Origin: Bugula neritina
Taxonomy: Eukaryota; Animalia; Bryozoa
Direction of reading: 5' to 3'
Assembly (NCBI GenBank): GCA_964035545.1
Contig: OZ037765.1
Coordinates: forward strand, 32,673,504 to 32,737,503
DNA length: 64,000 nt
The position numbers and the translations under genes were made by a program. Position 1 is the first letter of the stretch. Every line of letters begins with the position of its first letter. The notes under the pieces were generated by a model. That model was not told the DNA's origin and ran no database searches. It was given only the letters and a program-made list of their open reading frames with translations. Below, piece by piece: positions 40,181-54,101 of the stretch.

Positions 40181-40530
40181 TAACTTATCTACAAAATTGT
40201 TTATAAGCTTTTCAAGGCAAAACCACCAGCATGCCATATATTGATAGCATTTGAAATTACAAGCACAATTTTCAACATTAAACTTTTTAAGGTTTATATT
40301 AAAACAGTAAAATATATAATGCCATAGATTTGTTTATTAAAAACTGCAATTTAATAGCAGACAACATACGTTAAACACCATTTGAAACAATGGAACATTT
40401 CACCACAAGCACTTGAACTATGATACTTGGTGTTTTACTATGAAGCAGAACTTGATCTTTCGTAAACTGCAACAATTAAATAAAATAAGCTAAAAAAAGT
40501 TTTCACCGTTTGATGCATTATAGAAAGAAG

Positions 40531-41070
40531 TTAATCTGGTAAGGCGGTTGTCACAGGCGCTACTTGTGAGCGTCTAAGCAGCTTCCTTATATGTACTCTG
40601 TATCCTGGAGCCATGCATATGTATATCACAATGTTCAGAGTACTATTACATGCATTTTAAATCATCACTCCCATGTCAAAGCTTGCATTACTTCCTTCAT
40701 AACTGAGATACTCTTAATTATTATGATTAGTATTGGTGGAGCTAGGAGCAATAAAAGATAGTATTATTGAACTATGACCCCTATTAGTTTTAATTCATTG
40801 GATAACGAATAGGAACATGACTTTCATTGTGAACTTCATGATATTTGCATTCATTGTCTCCAGCAAATTTTCTTTCAGCCATTCAATTTAGAACTACTCT
40901 ATAACTTTATACAAATATATCGAACATATCAAGAAGGTGGCTAAACTTATCGCTTGCCATATGTTATTTAAGTTGCACCGTTGACCTAGATATAGCCATA
41001 TATAGCTCTGTATAATAGAATGTGTCAAATCTTGCGAGGATTGTTAGATTTACTGCCTCGTAGCTGGTTT
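40531..41070 (-). pseudogene. GPCR pseudogene (TM4 to C-terminus) of a divergent subtype
   Basis: Remnants TSYEAVNLTILARFDTFYY, ATFLICSIYLYKV, MAERKFAGDNE and TLNIVIYICMAPGYRVHIRKLLRRSQVAPVTTALPD*, with frameshifts and in-frame stops; 5' half absent. Confidence 0.85.
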
Positions 41071-42172
41071 ACCAGTCATAGACTCAACAAATTCTCAAAT
41101 TTATTTTAATTCAACCATCTCTACAGGAGCCTTGATGGTAAAAGTTCTTAAAGCAGGTAAAGACTTTGTGCTGCTCTTCCTGGCATCAACTATAGCTTGT
41201 CTGAACACTAAGCCTGTGCTTTACGTATACTAGATCCCCATTTATCTTGTTTATATTTAATAAAATACTACACATTCTCAAAGGATAACCTGCAAATATG
41301 TATAATGAATTATTGAGTATTGAATTATTCAAGGAAAACTTTGCTTTGGTTTTAGATTCATTTTTGAATAGAAAGCACCCTTCATAGACTTTACAATGCA
41401 ACATCATTGAACTGTTATTCTTTTAGCAAACTTTGACTGTGAGAGCTATTGAATTGAAAAGTGTTGATCAGTAAATTGTAATATCACATCTCTTTCACAT
41501 TGTATAGTATACAATACTTTTACATCAATGCTTTATATATTACTATTGACTGCTCATCCCACTTGAGTGAAAGATTGTATTATTACTTGCATGAGGAATC
41601 TAGCAACTCAGTTTGATTCTGCACTGTTTCACCCAATTATCAAATGTTTGTCAGCTAAAAATAGATAGAGTTGAAAAGTTACATGAAATTTATTAAAAGT
41701 ATTAACTTAATTTGAATACCTCAAAAGTCATAGCAGTAATATTATATAATTTGCACAAATTGATAAAAGCAATAACTTGAACAGTTACAAGGGCGGTATA
41801 TATAATGTAAACAACACACATAATTCTATTAATTTATTTATACATTACAGTCTAGCTTCTCAAAAAATGATTATGTAACTTATTGCAATCTTTTTAACAC
41901 CAAATGATTGTGATATACATAATAGCAAAACTTCAGAGGCACACAATAAAATATAAATCTGCTTTTAGTTATAAAATATATCATTTAAAGATTGACAACA
42001 TTAAACGGCATTTAACAATACAAAATATTTTTTGACAAAACCAATCGAACTATAACATTTGTTTTGCCTTTATTATGAAGCAAGACTTAATATTTATGAC
42101 ATTCACCACAAAATTAAACTAAACTAAACAAAAATTTCTATTTTGTGTTGCATTATTGAGTAGCAAACTCTA

Positions 42173-43111
42173 TTAGGCAGGTGCAGCAGGTGCTACTTGT
42201 GAAAGGCTGCCTCTACACTTGAACAGTTTCCTTATATGTATTCTGTATCCTGGTGTCATGCATATGTATATCACAATGTTCAGAGTACCATAACATGCGT
42301 TATAAATCAACACTCCCCATGTTAAAGCTTGCGTTACCCCTTTTAAAGCCTTCACATTGTAACCTGGTGTAGAGATCAGTGTGGGAATATAAGAGAAATA
42401 AAAGAGAGCACAAATCAGCATAATATAAGTTGCAGACCTCTTGATACTCTCATCATCATGTCCAGGAAAATTTCTTTCAGCCATCCGTTTTAATTCTACT
42501 CTCACTTTATACAAACATACTGAACAGATTAGGAAAGTGGCAAAAATTGTTACACCGTATGTTACTGAAGTTGCAGTATTGACTTGAATGGGTACAGCTC
42601 CATACTCACTGTAGCAGTACATGTCGACTTGTGTGAGGATTGCTAGAGTTACGATCCCGTAGCTAGTGATATAAATTATACAGATTGAAATCCCAAAGTT
42701 TTCCAATATTTTGTTAGAGGTAGACTGCAAGGGTCGGCAAATAGAGACGTACCTTTCATGGCTGCTCAAAGCCAGCACAGCTAAACGAGCTATTGAAGAA
42801 CCTGCTGTTAGTATAAACACCACAATTTGGTACTGCTGAGCTTGCTGATTGGTCAGACTCAAAACTAGTGTAGCAATTTCACAGCTAGCTATAAGTATTT
42901 GAGATACACTTACTGCCACGTCAGTAATGCCAATGTTTATTACGCTCCAAATATGCTTTGTTTTCTTCGATTTGTCAATTGCACTTAGCACGATGAGATT
43001 TATAATGTTGCTCACTATACTGACACAGTTTAATAGCAGATGTATTGCAGATAGCTCTGGTTCTACGCAGGTTTTAGTAACACCTTCACACAGCATGTCA
43101 CTGCTTTCCAT
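42173..43111 (-). CDS. Intronless class A orphan GPCR, copy 3 (312 aa; SHERY variant)
   Basis: 939-nt intact ORF from MESSD with the same motifs as copy 2. Confidence 0.93.
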   Translation of the reverse strand: MESSDMLCEGVTKTCVEPELSAIHLLLNCVSIVSNIINLIVLSAIDKSKKTKHIWSVINIGITDVAVSVSQILIASCEIATLVLSLTNQQAQQYQIVVFILTAGSSIARLAVLALSSHERYVSICRPLQSTSNKILENFGISICIIYITSYGIVTLAILTQVDMYCYSEYGAVPIQVNTATSVTYGVTIFATFLICSVCLYKVRVELKRMAERNFPGHDDESIKRSATYIMLICALFYFSYIPTLISTPGYNVKALKGVTQALTWGVLIYNACYGTLNIVIYICMTPGYRIHIRKLFKCRGSLSQVAPAAPA

Positions 43112-45775
43112 GTCTGCACCATCAGAGTGGCTGAAGCAAACTGATTGCAAAGTTCAAAGTATTTTATTGATGAAAAAAGTTGCAAGGATCATTTAAATTT
43201 TTTATCATCATAAAACCATGTCTCTATAAAAGCATATTTGGTTTTCAGTTTGCAAATCATACATAATTTCAACTTGTTTAAATGCAATATAAAATCTCAA
43301 AAAGATATCAATATTACATCATTAAAATTTGCTTTGTTTTAGTAAAATAATCATATACTTGTAAGCTGGACTGACTGGTACTTTAAAATTTATTGACCTG
43401 TTCAAGTAGAAAGCTTATGTTTTTCATCAAAATGGCTAAAAAAATCATTCAGCATAACTGGAGTTTAGAAGACTAAAATGTATGCATGCGAATGCCTTTA
43501 TCACATTTTTTTCTGGTCATTAATGCTAAAATATGTATTCCAAAAGTAAACTTTTTATCTTTCAATAATTTTATTTAGTTAGTTCCAAAAATCTTCAATA
43601 ATCAACTACTTATTGTTCAATAATCAACTATACAGTTTTAAACTACTGACAGCTACTTGTAGTATTTGTATTTTTTAATGCCTATATTTATCCCTTTATG
43701 TGCTGCGTGTTGCAATTGGTAGAATGTAACCAATTTCGCTACCAGAGAAAGAAAGCAAACAACTGCCAACCACTTGAGCAGTTGCTATTTCATTAATGGA
43801 TTTGACTAAAGTTAATATTACACCACTTACAGCATATAAATATCATAGGATCAGGAATAAAACTGTAATGTATGTTTTTTGCTTAAACTATTATGTAGTG
43901 TTTCACTTCTGTTATGTATGTGTAGGTTGTATAAAAGTACAGTTGAATTTGCTGTCTTTTACTTATAACTATATGGGAATAATTAGGAGTTCAAATACAA
44001 TGGATATGATAACTTCTAAATATAGAACATATATATTGTACATCTATTTAGGTTTGATCTAACCAAAAAGTAAGAATCTATTGAAACTAATTTATTTAAT
44101 CAAAACTATCAGACTCTGTTTAGATATTATTTTTGTGAATTGCATGAAGAAGCTGAAATTAAAGATGCAAAAAAGTAGCATAACTCCAACTATTTTCTTA
44201 GATGAAAGGTTTATAGGTTTTATACCCTTACATATTTTGTACCAGCCGCGGGAAGGATGAGTAGTTCATTGAGAGAAAAAGAGTGAGACGACATGAGTTC
44301 AAATTCAAAACAAACTTGTCAACTTTTAAAATCTCTCAATGTATAAGGAATTTTTAAACTTTTCTCTTTCTCATGCATGGTTTTAGGGATGGCCGAAATT
44401 TGCTACAATAAATAACAAACGTCAACAATTTTATTAATCTGCTTTATGCGTGATTCAAGTCCTAATTACCAAGGATTAAATGTTTTGAATACATACTATA
44501 TAAGCTGATTCATATAAAAAGGCAATTTATATATTTCTCATTCAAGTTATGTTGAAATGAGCGAAAAAGCTTGTTATAAATTAAAGAGTTTGGAGATATT
44601 TTAACAGTTTTAGAAATGCCACTACTTTGACTATAATGTGCAGCGTTCAATGTTGAAGATGACACCAGTAGCTAAAAGAATATATATAAGAAATCATAAT
44701 ATTTATCTAGAGCCACATGTTTGCATCATATAATTTTGAATTCAGCTGTTGAACGTTTGCAGTCGAACTATCAGGCAATTAAAGAAGACAAATCCTATTT
44801 ATTTAGACTCAGGAGAGAATAAACCACTGTTTTTTATTTCTAATTTAAAATAGTGGATGAAAGTGACAAGTGCTATTAATTTGAATTGCAAGATACAAGA
44901 ACTTTAGCATTGCAGGCCTTTCTCTTGATCTTTTTTCTTACATATTTGCCATCAGCACATGAAAATATCCTACTTTGAAAATACCAAACTTCCATAAATT
45001 TTGAACAAATTTTGCAATTTTTGCTAATATGCTGGTGTGTATTAATTAAAGTCAAATGACTGACATATAATGCTTCACCTGTTGAAGATCATACAGGTGT
45101 ATCTTACAGGCGTGTGATAATTAAAACACACTTTCTGAATAACTATTTGAATGACAAAACTATTATTATGTAAAAGTTAGATGCACATTCATTTCAAATG
45201 ACTACTTTGTTGGTAAAATTTCCACTGAAATAATTCTAAAAACATAGAACGGTCAATCACCTACTACGATATTATATAATATATTGTGTGTGGAATCATT
45301 TTGCTATAAATCAATGGTTTATGTATTAAACTATTGACTGTTCACTCCACTTGCATGAAAAGTCAATTCTTTTATATATTATAATATATATTTGCTAGAA
45401 TCATATTGCTAAATTAATGCATTTTATATTAATATTGACTTCTTGTCCCAGTTGAGTGAAAGATTATATTATTGTGTTAATAAGAAGTCTAGCAGTAAAA
45501 TATTTACTCGATTAAATTTCAAATGCTTTCAATTTAAAAATTTAAAAAGTAGAAACAGTTGAAAGTCAAATAAGAATTTATTAGAAGTATTTGAGTTACT
45601 TGAACCAGTCTAAAACTTATGTTTGTATACATGCACTACGCAGATTAAAGAGAGTGACACGTTAAACAGTTATTCACTGCGCTCCCATACATCAAATGAA
45701 AGATCCAATCATGCGAAGTATGGTAATGCAGTCATGCATCTTAATTCTTGTAAACAACAAACATACATTTAGTAA

Positions 45776-46117
45776 GCCTAGGGCCACACGGTGCGTATTT
45801 TCGCATCGAAAATTGAAATCACAAGTAGCAAAGGTGTCCACTGTGCGCGTTGAAAAAACCTTCGCACTTGTCGCTCTGCATTTTCAACGCAAGTGCGAAT
45901 CGTCTCTGTCGTCGTCACCTAATTGGCTGGTAGCTATTCAGCGAGCCCAATTTCTTTATTTAGTGCTATATTCCAGTAAATTGCGTTTTATTGAAAGCGA
46001 GTGCGATTTAAAAATGAAAGCTTTATTTATCACGCATCACTGACGCTACAGTGGACACCTTTGCTACTCAAGATTTTAATTTTCGCATGCGAAAATACGC
46101 ACAGTGTGGCCCTAGGC
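45776..46117. mobile_element. PIF/Harbinger-type MITE, full length (342 bp, ~70-bp imperfect TIRs)
   Basis: Left TIR GCCTAGGGCCACAC(G)GTGCGTATTTTCGCAT...AGTAGCAAAGGTGTCCACTGT is mirrored at the right end; TAA TSD at 45773-75 and 46118-20. Confidence 0.92.
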
Positions 46118-46466
46118 TAACTTATCTACCAAATTGTTTATAAGCTTTTCAAGGCAAAACCACCAGCATGCCATATATTGATAGCATTTGAAATTACAAG
46201 CACAATTTTCAACATTAAACTTTTTAAGGTTTATATTAAAACAGTAAAATATATAATGCCATAGATTTGTTTATTAAAAACTGCAATTTAATAGCAGACA
46301 ACATACGTTAAACACCATTTGAAACAATGAAACATTTCACCACAAGCACTTGAACTATGATACTTGGTTTTTTACTATAAAGCAGAACTTGATCTTTCGG
46401 AAACTGCAACAATTAAATAAAATAAGCTAAAAGAAAATGTTCACCGTTTGATGCATTAGAAAGAAG

Positions 46467-46647
46467 TTAATCTGGTAAGGCGGGTGTCACAGGCGCTACT
46501 TGTGAGCGTCTAAGCAGTTTCCTTATATGTACTCTGTATCCTGGAGTCATGCATATGTATATCACAATGTTCAGAGTACCATAACATGCGTTATAAATCA
46601 TCACTCCTCAAATCAAAGCAATTTTTACTTCCTTCATAGCTGAGATA
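46467..46647 (-). pseudogene. Truncated GPCR fragment (TM7 to C-terminus), divergent subtype tail
   Basis: GVMIYNACYGTLNIVIYICMTPGYRVHIRKLLRRSQVAPVT.ALPD*; homology stops abruptly near 46650. Confidence 0.85.
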
Positions 46648-48531
46648 TTTTCTAAAAACTAAAAACTAATAAGCTACTTAAACTGATCTTGGTCAATAAT
46701 TGTTTTAGCACTACATGTAGGTTATTGTCTTGATCTTCAATGTAGAAGTTATCAGTTCCCATGATATTCGAAATGATCATTGATTATTTCTCCATTTTTG
46801 ATGACAAAAAATTTAAAGCTTGACTTTTTGTGATATCTGGTTTTGAATTAATTGGCAGTTTAATTGTTTTCTAAAGTGCATATTTTGCTGAATGCTATAC
46901 TACCACGATAGCAGTACGTATCAGTCTGTCTAAACCCTTTAAAAGGTTGACAACTCCATATTACAATAACTTTTTAAAGTTGCACCAGCTCAAAAGTTGT
47001 TCAATTACTATTTTTACATTTTTAATTTATGTACCTGCTGTTTAAAAAGTCAATTTATTATTTCACCATCTGTATACTTTTTGGCTAAATAAAACTTTAA
47101 AATCAGTTTTCACTTTCAATATTTTTGTAATTTGGAAATCATGTTCACTACTATAAATCATTACCTGTAATTAAATAATGCAATAATAAGATGTTACATA
47201 ATGTAGTATGTGCTTGAATATTGCATAAGTGTTTAGTGCTCATTTTCAAAACGTATCTAGCAAATGCCACAATATTTTATTAAGACATATTAAGCTATTA
47301 ACTGTGTAATAAAAACATTGTTAACTGGTAACGTTAGGAATAAAAAACAAACCGAAATAATGTTTACTAATTGAAGCTTCTTATTGCTTTAGTTCAGCTT
47401 CACCAGTAAATATTTTAGCTTAAAGAATATTGAACAGCATATTGTACTATCTTATAATGATACTGCAATAAAACACAACTTTTCACTAGAATATTACTAC
47501 GTAAAGTTAGACAGCTTCAATATCAAGTAACTATTTGTTTTTCTTTGAACCAGTTGATGGAATTTCTACTTGAATAAATATAAAAGCTTAGAAGTGTCAA
47601 TCATATCAAATAATAATATATATGATATATCAGAACATAATAATTATATATTTGCTAGAATCTTATTGCTAAATCAATGCTTTTTATATTACTATTTACT
47701 TCGTGTCCTACTTGAGTGAAAGACTGTATATAGTCATACAGATACTGAGTTTAGCAGATGGATCTTCACATTGCTTGTTTCAAAAAACAGCTATCAAACT
47801 AGCTATTTTAGTTTATGATAAAAGAAGCAGGCAGGGCTATATAAGAGTATTATATGTATTGTAAACAACAAGCATAAAGCAGTTCCAGCTCTTTAGAGGT
47901 AGCCAACAACCAACAAAATATTAAATACCATACTGGGGGAGCGCAATTTTCAACATAGCTATAATAGCTAACATGAATTATCTAGAATAATATTCTAATT
48001 TTCATAGATTTGTGTGACACAAAAAGCAGTAATATATTAATAATAATTATTATCTTTAAAAGTGAATACTTATTAAAAGATATCTGTTCAAACAACAAGC
48101 AGCGAATATTTAAAATTAGTATGTTAATGCAAATCAAAGAAATTTATTTATGTGCTCAATACGTGCTTTATTTAAATATACATGTATTTAGATACTATTC
48201 AAATAACTTGCACATAAAATATACATTGAACCAATGTAAATAAATAGCGTCTAACTGGGAGACGTATATATATTTAAGATGACACCTCTTTAACATCTAA
48301 TGATTTAGGTGTGAATTACGCAGTAAAATGACATTATATTGTTATTACTAAAAATGTTATTTAGTTTTTGACAATATGCATTGAAGTGCAACATATTTTA
48401 GCAACACAGTGTTTCTCGACAAACCATTCAAACTATTTCTATTGCTTTCACTGTGCAACAGGAGTTAATATTCATAATGAAAGTAAACTGAGTAAACTGA
48501 AATCTTTATTTTTCAATATATCATGAAATCG

Positions 48532-49050
48532 TCAAATCAGTGCAGCAGGTGCTACTTGTGAAAGGCTGCCTCTACACTTGAACAGTTTCCTTATATGTAC
48601 TCTGTATCCAGGAGTCATGCATATGTATATCACAATGTTCAGAATACCATAACACGCGTTATAAATCATCACTCCCCATGTTAAAGCAATTTTTAATTCC
48701 TTCATAACTGAGATACTCTCGATGTGATTAGTATTGGTGGAGCTAAGAGAAATAAAAGATAGCACTATTGAACTATGACCCCTATTAGTTTTAATTTATT
48801 GGATAAGAAATACGAGCATAATTTACTTTGTGAACTTCATGGTATTTGCATCCATTCTCTCCAGCAAATTTTTTTTCAGCCATTCAATTTAACTTTATAC
48901 AAATATATCGAACATATCAAGAAGGTGGCCATACTTATCACTCGCCATATGTTATTTAAGTTGCACCGTTGACCTAGATATAGGCATATATAGCTCTGTA
49001 TAATAGAATGTGTCTAATCTTGCGAGAATTGTTAGATTTACTGCCTCGTA
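48532..49050 (-). pseudogene. Chimeric GPCR pseudogene
   Basis: The decayed TM4-TM6 part matches 40700-41070, but the 3' part ALTWGVMIYNACYGILNIVIYICMTPGYRVHIRKLFKCRGSLSQVAPAA matches the intact genes. Confidence 0.85.
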
Positions 49051-50184
49051 GCTGGTTTACCAGTCATAGACTCAACAAATTCTCAAATTTATTTTAAATC
49101 CACCATCTCTACAGGAACCTTGATGGTAAAAGTTCTTAAAGCAGGTAAAGACTGTGTGCTGCTCTTCCTGACATCACCTATAGCTTGCCTGAACACTAAG
49201 CCTGTACTTTACCTACTAGACCCCCATTTATCTTGTTTTTATTTAATAGAATACTACATATATTAAATTTTCCATGCAGATTCTTAAAGCATAACCTGAA
49301 AATATGTATAATGAATTATTGAGTATTGAGTTATGCAAGGAAAGCTTTGCTTTGTTTTTAGAATCGTTTTTGAATAGAAAGCACCCTGCATAGACTTTAC
49401 AATGCAACATCATTGAACTGTTATTCTTTTAGCAAACTCTGACTGGTAGAACTATTAAATTGAAAAGTGTTGATCAGTAAATTGTAATATCTCATCTCTT
49501 TCACATTGTATAATATACAATATCTTACATCAATGCTTTATATATTATTATTGATTGCTCATCTCACTTGAGTGAAAGATTGTATTATTACTTGCATAAG
49601 AAATTTAGCAACTCAGTTTGATTCTGCACTGTTTCACCCAATTATCAAATATTTTTCAGCAGTATAGCTAAAAATAAATAGAAATAAAAAGTTACATGAA
49701 ATTTATTAAAAGTATGAACTTAATTTGAATACCTCAAAAGTCATAGCAGTAATATTATATAATTTGCACAAATTGATAAAAGCAATAACTTAAACAGTTA
49801 CAAGGGCGGTATATATAATGTAAACAACACACATAATTCTATTAATTTATTTATACATTACAGTCTAGCTTCTCAAAAATGATTATGTAACTTATTGCAA
49901 TCTTTTTAACACCAAATGATTGTGATATACATAATAGCAAAACTTCAGAGCCCAACAATAAAATATAAATCTGCTGTTAGTTGTAAATTACATCATTTAA
50001 TAATTGACAACACCAAACAACATTTAGCAATACAAGATACTTTTTGACAAAACCATTTGAACTATAACAGTTTTTTTGCCTTTATTATGAAGCAAGACTT
50101 AATATTTATGACATTCACAACAAAATTAAACTAAACTAAACAAAAATTTCTATTTTGTGTTGCATTATTGAGTAGCAAGTTCTA

Positions 50185-51123
50185 TTAGGCAGGTGCAGCA
50201 GGTGCTACTTGTGAAAGGCTGCTTCTACACTTGAATAGTTTCCTTATATGTACTCTGTATCCTGGAGTCATGCATATGTATATCACAATGTTCAGAGTAC
50301 CATAACACGCGTTATAAATCATCACTCCCCATGCCAAAGCTTGCGTTACCCCTCTTAAAGCTTTCAAACTATAACCGGGCGTAGAGATCAATGCGGGAAT
50401 ATAAGAGAAATAAAAGAGAACACAAATCAGCATAATATAAGTTGCAGACCTCTTGATACTCTCATCATCATGTCCAGGAACATTTCTTTCAGCCATCCGT
50501 TTTAGTTCTACTCTAACTTTATACAAACATACTGAACAGATTAGGAAAGAGGCAAAAATTGTTACACCGTATGTTACTGAAGTTGCAGTATTGACTTGAA
50601 TGGGTACAGCTCCATACTCACTGTAGCAGTACATGTCGACTTGTGTGAGGATTGCTAGAGTTACGATCCCGTAGCTGGTGATGTAAATTACACAGATTGG
50701 AATCCCAAAGTTTTCCAAAATCCTGTTAGAGGTAAACTGCAAGGGTCGGCAAATAGAGACGTACCTTTCATAGCTGCTCAAAGCCAGCACAGCTAAACGA
50801 GCTATTGAAGAACCCGCTGTTAGTATAAACACCACGATCTGGTACTGCTGAGCTTGCTGATTGGTCAGACTCAAAACTAGTGTAGAAATTTCACAGCTAG
50901 CTATAAGTATTTGAGATACACTTACTGCTATGTCAGTAATGCCAATGTTTATTACGCTCCAAATATGCTTTGTTTTCTTCGATTTGTCAATTGCACTTAG
51001 CACGATGAGATTTACAATGTTGCTCACTATACTGACACAGTTTAACAGCAGATGTATTGCAGATAGCTCTGGTTCTACGCAGGTTTTAGTAACACCTTCA
51101 CACAGCATGTCACTGCTTTCCAT
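50185..51123 (-). CDS. Intronless class A orphan GPCR, copy 4 (312 aa)
   Basis: 939-nt intact ORF from MESSD with the same motifs. Confidence 0.93.
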   Translation of the reverse strand: MESSDMLCEGVTKTCVEPELSAIHLLLNCVSIVSNIVNLIVLSAIDKSKKTKHIWSVINIGITDIAVSVSQILIASCEISTLVLSLTNQQAQQYQIVVFILTAGSSIARLAVLALSSYERYVSICRPLQFTSNRILENFGIPICVIYITSYGIVTLAILTQVDMYCYSEYGAVPIQVNTATSVTYGVTIFASFLICSVCLYKVRVELKRMAERNVPGHDDESIKRSATYIMLICVLFYFSYIPALISTPGYSLKALRGVTQALAWGVMIYNACYGTLNIVIYICMTPGYRVHIRKLFKCRSSLSQVAPAAPA

Positions 51124-54101
51124 GTCTGCACCATCAGAGTGGCAGAAGCAAACTGATTGCAAAGTTCGAAGTATTTTATTGATGAAAAAAGTTGCAAGGA
51201 TCATTTAAATTTTTTATCATCATAAAACCATGTCTCTATAAGAGCATATTTAGTTTTCAGTTTGCAAATCATATACATAATTTCAACTTGTTTAAATGCA
51301 ATATAAAATCTCAAAAAGATATCAATATTACATCATTAAAATTTGCTTTGTTTTAGTAAAATAATCATATACTTGTAAACTGGACTGACATGGTACTTTA
51401 AAATTGATTGACCTGTTCAAGTAGAAAGCTTATGTTTTTCATCAAAATGACTAAAAAATCATTCAGCATAACTGGAGTTTAGAAGACTAAAATGTATGCA
51501 TGCGAATGCCTTTATCACATTTTTTCTGGTCATTAATGCTAAAATATGTATTCCAAAAGTAAACTTTTTATCTTTCAATAATTTTATTTAGTTAGTTCCA
51601 AAAATCTTCAATAATCAAATACTTATTGTTCAATAATCAACTACACAGGTTTAAACTACTGACAGCTACTTGTAGTATTTGTATTTCTTAATGCCTATAT
51701 TTATCCCTTTATGTGCTGCGTGCGGTAGAATGTAACTAATTTCGCTACCAGAAAAAAAGAGCAAACAACTGCCAACCACTTGAGCAACTGTTATATTTGG
51801 TAAATAGATTTGACTAAAGTTAATATTACACCACTTACAGCATATAAATATCATAAGAATAAAACTGTAATGTATGTTTTTTGCTTGAACTATTATGTAG
51901 CGTTTCACTTCTGTTATGTATGTGTAGGTTGTATAAAAGTACAGTTGAATTTGCTGTCTTCTACTTATAACTATATGGCAATAATTAGGAGTTCAAATAT
52001 AATGGATATGATAACTTCTAAATATAGAACATATATATTGTACATCTATTTAGGTTTCATCTAACCAAAAAGTAAGAATGTATTGAAACTTATTTATTTA
52101 ATCAAAACTGTTAGACTCTGTTTAGATATTATTATTGTGAATTGTATAAAAAAGCTGAAATTTAAGATGCAAAAAAGTAGCATAACTCCAAATACTTTCT
52201 TAGATGAAAGGTTTTATAAGTCTTACATATTTTAGACCAGCAGAGGAAAGGGTGAGTAGCCCATTAAGAGAAAAAGAGTGAACGACATGAGTTCAAACTA
52301 AAAACAACTTGTCAACCTTTAAACATTTTTAATGTATAAGAAAATTTTCAACTTTTCTCTTTCTCATGGTTTTAGGGACGGCCAAACTTTACTACACCTG
52401 TGTAAATAACAAACATCAACAATTTTATTAATCTGCTTTATGCGTGATTTAAGTCCCATTGCCGAGGATTAAATGTTTTGAATACATACTATATAAGCTG
52501 ATTCATATGAAAAGGCAATTTATATATTTCTCATTCAAGTTATGTTGAAATGAGCGCAAATGCTTGTTATAAATTGAAGAGTTTCGAGATATTTTAACAA
52601 TTTTAGAACTGCCACTACTTTGACTATAATGTGCAGCTTTCAATGTTGAAGATAATACCAGTGGCCACAAGAATATAAAAAGTCATAGTATTTATCTAAA
52701 CCCACGTGTTTGCAACATATATAACTTTGAATTCAACTGTTGAAAGTTTGCAGTCGATCTATCAGGTAATTAAAGAAGACAAATCCTATTTATTTAGACT
52801 CAGGAGAGAATAAACCACTGTTTTTTATTTATAATTTAAAATAGTGGATGAAAGTGACAAGTGCTATTAATTTGAATTGCAAGATACAAGAACTTTAGCA
52901 TTGCAGGTCTTTCTCTTGATCTTTTTTCTTACATATTTGCCATCAGCACATGAAAATATCCTACCTTGAAAATACCAAGCTTCCATAAATTTTTAAACAA
53001 ATTTTCCAATTTTTCCTAATATCATGCTGGACTGTACTAATTAAAGTAAAATGACTGACATATAATGCTTCACCTGTTGAAGATCTTACAGGCGTATCAT
53101 ACAGGCGTATGATAATTAAAACACACTTTTTGAATAGCTATTTTAATTACAAAAACTATTATTATGTAAAAGTTAGATGCACATTAATTTCAAATGACTA
53201 CTTTGTTGGTAAAATTTCCACTGAAGTAATTCTAAAAACATAGAATGGTTAATCACCGACTACGGTATTATATAATATATTGTGTGTGGAATCATTTTGC
53301 TAAATCCATGCTTTATGTATTAAACTATTGACTGTTCACTACACTTGCATGAAAAGTCAATTCTTTTATATATTATAATATATATTTGCTAGAATCATAT
53401 TGCTAAATTAATGCATTTTATATTAATATTGACTTCTTGTCCCAGTTGAGTGAAAGATTATATTATTGTGTTAACAAGAAGTCTAGCAGTAAAAATGCTT
53501 TAAATGCTTTCAATTTAAAAATTTAAAAGCAGAAAAAGTTGAAAGTCAAATAAGAATTTATTAGAAGTTTTTGAGTTACTTGAACCAGTCTAAAACTTAT
53601 GTTTGTATACATGCACTACGGAGATTAAAGAGAGTGACACGTTAAACAGTTATTCACTGCGCTCCCATACATCAAATGAAAGATCCATTCATGCGAAGTA
53701 TGGTAATGCAGTCATGCATCTTAATTCTTGCAAACAACAAACATACATTTAGTAACTTATCTACAAAATTGTTTATAAGCTTTTCAAGGCAAAACCACCA
53801 GCATGCCATATATTGATAGCATTTGAAATTACAAGCACAATTTTCAACATTAAACTTTTTAAGGTTTATATTAAAACAGTAAAATATATAATGCTATAGA
53901 GGTGTTTATTAAAATCTGCTATTTAATAGCAGACAACTTACATTAAAAACCATTTGAAACAATGAAACATTTCACCACATGCAAACACTCAAACTATGAT
54001 AATTTTTTACTATGAAGCAAAACTTGATCTTTCGGAAACTGCAATAATTAAATAAAATAAGCTAAAAGAAAATGTTCACCGTTTGATGCATTAGAAAGAA
54101 G

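Noticed and set aside
45696-46043. 115-aa ORF and related ORFs at 39811/39906
   Set aside because: Read through the non-coding MITE; no transposase motifs, and the frame is broken in the other copy.
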